A stretch of 60,104 bases of DNA from Novosphingobium sp. (GTDB lineage Bacteria; Pseudomonadota; Alphaproteobacteria; Sphingomonadales; Sphingomonadaceae), in contig JBJTLY010000355.1 of the NCBI GenBank assembly GCA_046063275.1, positions 1-60,104 on the forward strand, read 5' to 3'. A model generated the notes under the pieces. That model worked only from the letters and a program-made list of their open reading frames with translations. It did not search any database and was not told where the DNA came from. The number at the start of each line of letters is the position of its first letter. Position 1 is the stretch's first letter. Positions 55,119 through 60,104 of the stretch are shown piece after piece. Position numbers and translations under genes: made by a program.

Positions 55119-56893
55119 GTGCGAAGCTCGCCGCTCGCGATGCGGATGATCCGATCGGGTTTGAAAGCGGCAGGGATGCGGTGTGCAATCATCAGGATGG
55201 TCACCGTTCCGCGCAAGTGCTCAAGCGCGGCGAGCAGCCTTGCTTCGCTCTGCGGGTCAAGCGCGCTGGTCGCCTCATCCAGCACCAGCAGCGAAGGGCG
55301 GCGCAGCAAAGCCCGGGCCAGGCAGATGCGTTGACGCTCGCCGCCCGACAGCCGGCTACCGCGATCCCCGGCGCGTGCGGCGAGGCCTTGGGGCATGGCG
55401 CGCACAAATTCAGCTGCATCGGCCGCTTCCAGCGCAGCCCAAAGTTCGTCTTCGCTCGCTTCGGGCGCGGCCCAGCGCAGGTTCTCGGCGATATCAAGGT
55501 CGAACAGGAACGGGTCCTGCGGGACATAGCCGATCCGCTGCCGCCAGGCGTCACGCGTGGCGCGACTGTCGATCGGTTTGCCATCAACGCTGATCGTGCC
55601 GCTGTCGGGCTCAGCCAAGCCGATCAGCAAGTCGGCAAGGGTGGTCTTGCCGCTGCCCGAAGGGCCGAGCAGAACGGTCAGCTCGCCAGGAGCAATTTCG
55701 AGATCGACGGCCTCAAGCAATGGCCGGGCCGGATCGTGGCGCAGACTGACCCCGGCCAGCGAAATGCGCGGCGGCGGGCCGCCCAGTTTGCCGGTGGGTA
55801 CGCTCACCGAAGGTTCTTGCGACAGCGTAGCCTCAAGCAGCTGCAAATTCGCGATCGCGGGCAGGAGCATGGCCAGCGACTGCGCCCCCTGTGCGAGCGC
55901 CAGCGCCGGGCCGGGGGTCCTTGCAAACAGCACCAGCAACGCGCCGAGCACGCCGGGTGAGATATGTGCAACCATGACCCCGATCCACAGCAGCAAGGCG
56001 GCCAGCACTGCGGCGAACAGCTGGAACACCGCATTGGCTCGCAGGCGCATCGCGGTGTAGGAGAGCCCGCCCTGTCTGAGCTCGGCTGAAATGGCCATGA
56101 ACTCGCTGGCATAACGGTCCTCCGCGCGGTGCGCCTTGGCCAGTTTCATTCCGGCCATGAATTCACCGAAGGCGCCCTGGCGTTTGCCGCCCTGGCGAGT
56201 CAGCGTCTCGCCATAGGAGTAGGCTGCGCGCGCCATGCGGGCTGCAGCGGGAAGCGCGGGCAGCAGCAGGATCCCGCTGGTCAGGGCCAGCAGCGGCGAA
56301 AGCTGCACCGCCAGCACCAGCAGCACCAGCAGCTGAACCAGCGCGACGGCTCCGCGCAGCAACTGATCGCTGCCGGTGGCCAGACGGCTGACATCGCCGG
56401 TCACCGCAAATTCGACATCGCCGCGATTGAGGTCGCGAATTTGCCGCCATTCGGCGTGAACCAGGGCCGCAATGATCCGTCCGCGCCAGCGGTCGACAAG
56501 TTCGGCCGACAGGGCAAACAGGCCCTTGTCGCGGCGGATCAGGATCAGTGAGCGCGCAACCATCAGCGCGATGAACGCGGCGAGCAGCAGTGCCAGCCCC
56601 CGGCCTTGGCCGAATGTTGCCAGCAACGGTTCGGCAATTCGGGCAAGCCTGCTGTCGGGCGTGGTCCAGCCGAACATCATGCTGCCAAGCGGGATCAGCA
56701 GCAGGATGCCGATGCCTTCCACGACGCTGCCAAGGATCACCAATGCGAGGAGCGCAGCTTGCCGCGCCTTTCCCATGGCCATCAGCGAAGCGAGATATGC
56801 GCGCAGCGGTTCGACAATGAAATGATGAGCCGGTTTCGGCAAGGTCAGACGTTTCCCCGATCCAAGGTCCGATGCGAACAGCGCATAACGCAC
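55115..56893 (-). CDS. ABC exporter, fused permease/ATPase (lasso peptide D-like); start uncertain
   Basis: About 6 TMs; GPSGSGKTT, YVPQD, LSGGERQR, LVLDEATSALD, IAHR. Confidence 0.9.
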   Translation of the reverse strand: MRYALFASDLGSGKRLTLPKPAHHFIVEPLRAYLASLMAMGKARQAALLALVILGSVVEGIGILLLIPLGSMMFGWTTPDSRLARIAEPLLATFGQGRGLALLLAAFIALMVARSLILIRRDKGLFALSAELVDRWRGRIIAALVHAEWRQIRDLNRGDVEFAVTGDVSRLATGSDQLLRGAVALVQLLVLLVLAVQLSPLLALTSGILLLPALPAAARMARAAYSYGETLTRQGGKRQGAFGEFMAGMKLAKAHRAEDRYASEFMAISAELRQGGLSYTAMRLRANAVFQLFAAVLAALLLWIGVMVAHISPGVLGALLVLFARTPGPALALAQGAQSLAMLLPAIANLQLLEATLSQEPSVSVPTGKLGGPPPRISLAGVSLRHDPARPLLEAVDLEIAPGELTVLLGPSGSGKTTLADLLIGLAEPDSGTISVDGKPIDSRATRDAWRQRIGYVPQDPFLFDLDIAENLRWAAPEASEDELWAALEAADAAEFVRAMPQGLAARAGDRGSRLSGGERQRICLARALLRRPSLLVLDEATSALDPQSEARLLAALEHLRGTVTILMIAHRIPAAFKPDRIIRIASGELRT

Positions 56894-56933
56894 AGGGCAG
56901 CAATTGCAATTCGGCGCACTGAAATGAGGCGGT

Positions 56934-58661
56934 TTAGTCCATGCCCTGCTGCGCCCAGGTCAAGTATTCTGCCGCCATGGCGGTCAATTGCACTGCGTTG
57001 GCGCTGGTTGGATCGGTTACGCCCCGAATGGCTACCCGGGCGAGTTCCCGGTCCAGCCAGGCAAGGTCAATCCAGGCGTCGATACCGGCGGCGCGGAATG
57101 CGACAATGCGATTGCGCGCCGGTGCGGCAAAGGCCTGCAAACGGGCATAGTGCCCCGGATCGGCGGGCATGCCGCGCTGGCGCAGCCTGATCTCTTCGGG
57201 CAGCAAACCGGTGCCAATTGTGCGACCCGGGCCGCGGTCCGGGCCAAGTGCATAGAGCAGGGCGCGCGGCAAACTGGCGTAAAGCCGAAGCAGGCGCATG
57301 TCGCGAAACGGGAAGTGCATGCGCAGCGCACCAGCGTAGTAGGCGTTGGGCTGGGCCAGCGCCTTCTCGGTGCCGGCGATGTAGCCCTTGCCTTCGGGCG
57401 CCCGAAAAATCTGTTCGGAAGGACGCGCAGTTTCCGCGCGTAAGTTGGTCAACGATTCGCGCAAATGCGGAGCAAGCGCGACGTGGAAATCGCGTTGATC
57501 GGGCTGCAATGCAGCAGCAATGCTACGCCGGATCACCCCCAGACGCTGCCGCAAAGTGGGGTTACCGGGCAGGCGAGCGGTTACCGACATTTCACCGTAA
57601 GTGCCATTGACCAGTATGCCGGCACCATGTTCGCGCGCGGAACGGTGGAAGGCGCTGGTCAGACAGTGCCGATTGCTCAGCAGCGGCATCTCGGCCCCAG
57701 CCAGCACGTGCGGCGACGGGCAGTAGGGATCGGCATCGCTTGGCGGGCAGACCGGCACGAATTCAAGCACGCTGCGCGCTGCGACGGCCCGGGCAAACTC
57801 GGCTTCATCGGGGATGCCCGAGCCCAGCGGCGCAACCGAACACAGGGCCAGCGGAGGCTCGGTAAGCTCCTGCGCCGCCAGCGCAGCGATGAGCGAAGAA
57901 TCGAGTCCGCCACTCAGCAGCACGGCGGAGCGACCCACCGTTCCAAGCCGTTCGCGCAGCACTGACCTGAGCGCTTCCTCTAACGCCGCAAGTGCTTCGG
58001 CGGCGTCCCCGGTGAACTGGTCCTGCGGGAGCAGCAATTCGGCCGCATGGCGCGTGAGGGTCCCGTCGGGAGCAAACCGCAAGCTGCCGCCCGGCGGCAA
58101 CTTCTCGATCCCGCGCAGGATCGTGCGGTTACCCATCCTTTGCCGCAATTCGTAGCGACCCAGCGATAGCCCGACCGCCTCGGAATCCAGCCCGCCGTCG
58201 ACCCAGTCAAGGCGGCGCAGCGCCATTGCATCGGGTGCGAAGGCCAGCCCGGTTGCGCTTGCCGCGAAGAACAGCCGATCCCGCGCGGTCGCTGATTGGA
58301 CCAGCCAGGTGTGGCCTTCGACATCGCGGTGAAACAGCGACCATTCGCCGAGCATTTCGCTCGGTGTATCGGCCCCGAATCGCGCCAGCGCAGCGCTGGC
58401 AAGTGCAGCGGAAGGGCAGTGCTCCGATAATCCGAGCCGCGCTGCGAGTGCGCTCCTCTCGGCAATCCAGCCAGTGAACACGGTCGTCCCGCGTTCATCG
58501 CGCAACGTATCGACCATGTCCGGGTCCTGGCCATCACGGCCCATCGCGGAGTAGGCGCCATCAGTCCGCTGAAGGTGCAGCTGTGCGGCATCCTCAGCCG
58601 CGACCGGCCTGTTCCCGGCACAGGCCAAACCCCACAGTCCTGACGTCAGCGGCTCAGCCAT
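56934..58661 (-). CDS. Lasso peptide cyclase (asparagine synthase-related, C protein)
   Basis: No N-terminal Cys; degenerate Ntn domain; PP-loop LLSGGLDSS; NGTYGE; HFPFRDMRL; adjacent to B2, precursor and ABC genes. Confidence 0.85.
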   Translation of the reverse strand: MAEPLTSGLWGLACAGNRPVAAEDAAQLHLQRTDGAYSAMGRDGQDPDMVDTLRDERGTTVFTGWIAERSALAARLGLSEHCPSAALASAALARFGADTPSEMLGEWSLFHRDVEGHTWLVQSATARDRLFFAASATGLAFAPDAMALRRLDWVDGGLDSEAVGLSLGRYELRQRMGNRTILRGIEKLPPGGSLRFAPDGTLTRHAAELLLPQDQFTGDAAEALAALEEALRSVLRERLGTVGRSAVLLSGGLDSSLIAALAAQELTEPPLALCSVAPLGSGIPDEAEFARAVAARSVLEFVPVCPPSDADPYCPSPHVLAGAEMPLLSNRHCLTSAFHRSAREHGAGILVNGTYGEMSVTARLPGNPTLRQRLGVIRRSIAAALQPDQRDFHVALAPHLRESLTNLRAETARPSEQIFRAPEGKGYIAGTEKALAQPNAYYAGALRMHFPFRDMRLLRLYASLPRALLYALGPDRGPGRTIGTGLLPEEIRLRQRGMPADPGHYARLQAFAAPARNRIVAFRAAGIDAWIDLAWLDRELARVAIRGVTDPTSANAVQLTAMAAEYLTWAQQGMD

Positions 58662-58716
58662 GCTGCGCAATGCCGGCTGGCTTGCCTAACCGCTGCGCTG
58701 CGATAGAGCATTCAGA

Positions 58717-59637
58717 ATGGAACCGGCCTTCGACAAGCACATCCGCCGCGCGATCCGTGAGAGTCTGGCGCGCGACATCTATGCGCGCGGTATTGTGCGC
58801 ATCGAGCAGCCCGATCTGACGGGCTATTGGTGGCTGGTGACGACGCATCGCGGCTTGTTTGCGGTATCGCCGGACGGGATCGAACTGGTTTCGCATGGTT
58901 GGTACTTCGGCATAGATCGGCACGGCGATCATATCTACCTGTATGAAAACTGCGGCCTGCGTGATCGCGCCGCGAACCTGGGGCGGATCGTCCGGATGCT
59001 TTGGGACGGCGCCCGTCTGACCGATCCGCGCGTGCTGGTGACCGGGCTTCACGGCAATGCGCATCAGCTGAAGGTCATCGACGATCTGATCTGTCTGGTC
59101 GATACCGCCAATCAGCGCATCTTGCGCTTCACGCTTGATGGCGCTGCGGTGGACGCCAAGACGCCATTGCCGGTTGCGCTGCCGACCGATTCGAGCGGCG
59201 CTTACCACCATATCAACTGCATTGCCGAGGTAGACGGGCGCATCGCGCTACTCCTCCACAATGGCAAGGCGCCTGGCCCGAGGAAGAGCGAGCTGCTGTG
59301 GCTGGGGCAAGACTGGAACGTGGCCGAACGCCATCCCATCGACGGCTACATGTGTCACGACATCGTCGCCGACGGTGAGGGAACGCTGTGGCACAGCGGG
59401 TCTGCGGACGGAGAATTGATCAATAGCCGCAGGCAGCACTTCAAGATCAGCGACAGCCTCATGACCCGCGCGCTGGCCTTCTGCGAGCGCCACCTGCTGG
59501 TAGGGCTATCGAGCTTCGGTGAGCGGCAGGTTCGCGACGGTCTGGCTGGCGAAGTGGTGCTGCTCGATCAGCAAATGGATGAAAGGACGCGATTCGATCT
59601 ACCGGCCGGACCGGCCGATGTTGTCGCGCTTCGCTAA
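58717..59637 (+). CDS. Hypothetical beta-propeller protein with His motifs (DUF4915/arylsulfotransferase-like)
   Basis: Repeating short beta-strand pattern; AHQL, VDTAN, YHHINC, MCHD, TRALA, VGLS. Confidence 0.6.
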   Translation: MEPAFDKHIRRAIRESLARDIYARGIVRIEQPDLTGYWWLVTTHRGLFAVSPDGIELVSHGWYFGIDRHGDHIYLYENCGLRDRAANLGRIVRMLWDGARLTDPRVLVTGLHGNAHQLKVIDDLICLVDTANQRILRFTLDGAAVDAKTPLPVALPTDSSGAYHHINCIAEVDGRIALLLHNGKAPGPRKSELLWLGQDWNVAERHPIDGYMCHDIVADGEGTLWHSGSADGELINSRRQHFKISDSLMTRALAFCERHLLVGLSSFGERQVRDGLAGEVVLLDQQMDERTRFDLPAGPADVVALR

Positions 59638-59651
59638 TCACGATTCCACAA

Positions 59652-59680
59652 ACGGAAACGGCCCCGCCGAAGCGGAGCCG
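59652..59680 (-). terminator. Rho-independent terminator of the lasso precursor gene
   Basis: Minus strand reads CGGCTCCGC-TTCG-GCGGGGCCG-TTTCCGTTT (UUCG loop, one G:U pair), 23 nt after the precursor stop. Confidence 0.75.
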
Positions 59681-59703
59681 AATCGGTCAACCTACAATGC
59701 GGA

Positions 59704-59847
59704 TTAGGACCGCTGGCAGTCGATCGTGGGATTGCCGCCGACATCGGCGCCGCGGCCAATGAACGCGAAGGTTTCACGGATATCAAGCTCGCGGATTGCA
59801 GGCTCAACCCAGTCCTTGCGGCTTACGTTGTCTTTAGGATCAGTCAT
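59704..59847 (-). CDS. Lasso peptide precursor (47 aa; not in the ORF track)
   Basis: Translated by hand: MTDPKDNVSRKDWVEPAIRELDIRETF-AFIGRGADVGGNPTIDCQRS*; WxxPxI leader motif, Thr at -2, Asp at core position 8, AGGGG RBS, own terminator. Confidence 0.88.
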   Translation of the reverse strand: MTDPKDNVSRKDWVEPAIRELDIRETFAFIGRGADVGGNPTIDCQRS

Positions 59848-60051
59848 TGCCAGTCGTCCCCTGAGGATCATTGATACCAATCAATCCGCTAAAGCGTTGG
59901 ATCGTATATCAAGTAAGAAACCGAATCTTGCAAGAGTTGTTAGCACGTGGTCTGGCAGATGGGAAGCCGCTGCATAAACTAGCCAGATCGATTGATTAGC
60001 TGGCTTGCATGCCTAGACTGCATTGCGCACTTCGAGGAGATGGATTGACCA

Positions 60052-60104
60052 ATGCTGGATATCGTTCACGAACCGGTACGGGTCCTGACCCTTGCGCAGG
60101 AACG
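60052..60104 (+). CDS. Start of an unidentified gene running off the window
   Basis: GAGGAG at 60034-60039, then ATG: MLDIVHEPVRVLTLAQE...; too short to classify, and an alternative TTG start at 60045 in another frame is possible. Confidence 0.35.
   Translation, partial: MLDIVHEPVRVLTLAQE

Noticed and set aside
2942-57965. Numerous long antisense or alternate-frame ORFs (e.g. 2942..4327, 4449..6053, 15500..17020, 30518..32080, 35050..36357)
   Set aside because: Shadow ORFs expected in high-GC coding DNA; each overlaps a gene with clear family motifs and has none of its own.
59726-59977. 83-aa plus-strand ORF
   Set aside because: No recognisable features, and it is antisense to the well-supported lasso precursor.
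1-60104. rRNA, tRNA, CRISPR arrays, transposases, integrases, prophage or defence genes
   Set aside because: None recognised on either strand by eye; tRNAscan/Infernal/ISEScan would be needed to exclude small or degenerate elements.

Overview
GC-rich alphaproteobacterial DNA whose gene repertoire points to a sphingomonad (Novosphingobium/Sphingobium-like; inference). From left to right: (1) the end of a 5-oxoprolinase gene with DUF969/DUF979/DUF2891 genes; (2) a LacI-controlled sucrose/fructan locus containing an MFS transporter with a 1-nt frameshift, GH68, GH32, LacI, a TonB-dependent receptor, a tryptophan-halogenase-family gene, a TPR/2OG-Fe(II) oxygenase and a ROK fructokinase, with three copies of a CAATCGATTG operator; (3) a hydrolase/HMG-CoA lyase/CoA-transferase/D-aminoacylase catabolic module; (4) GH36 alpha-galactosidase-galT-galK-galM; (5) ompA; (6) a ~24 kb Wzx/Wzy-Wza/Wzc surface polysaccharide cluster with an unusual YvcK/CofD + HAD + nucleotidyltransferase module; (7) the highlight, a lasso-peptide (RiPP) cluster at ~52.5-59.9 kb. 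Its 47-aa precursor (59704-59847, minus strand) is missing from the ORF track, has a paeninodin-like leader and a predicted core AFIGRGADVGGNPTIDCQRS. The cluster also encodes a B2 peptidase, lasso cyclase, ABC exporter, nucleotidyltransferase, a His-motif beta-propeller protein and a eukaryote-type protein arginine methyltransferase (PRMT)-like enzyme translationally coupled to B2, which suggests an Arg-methylated lasso peptide. No rRNA, tRNA, CRISPR array or IS element was seen. All family assignments come from motif recognition by eye, not database searches.
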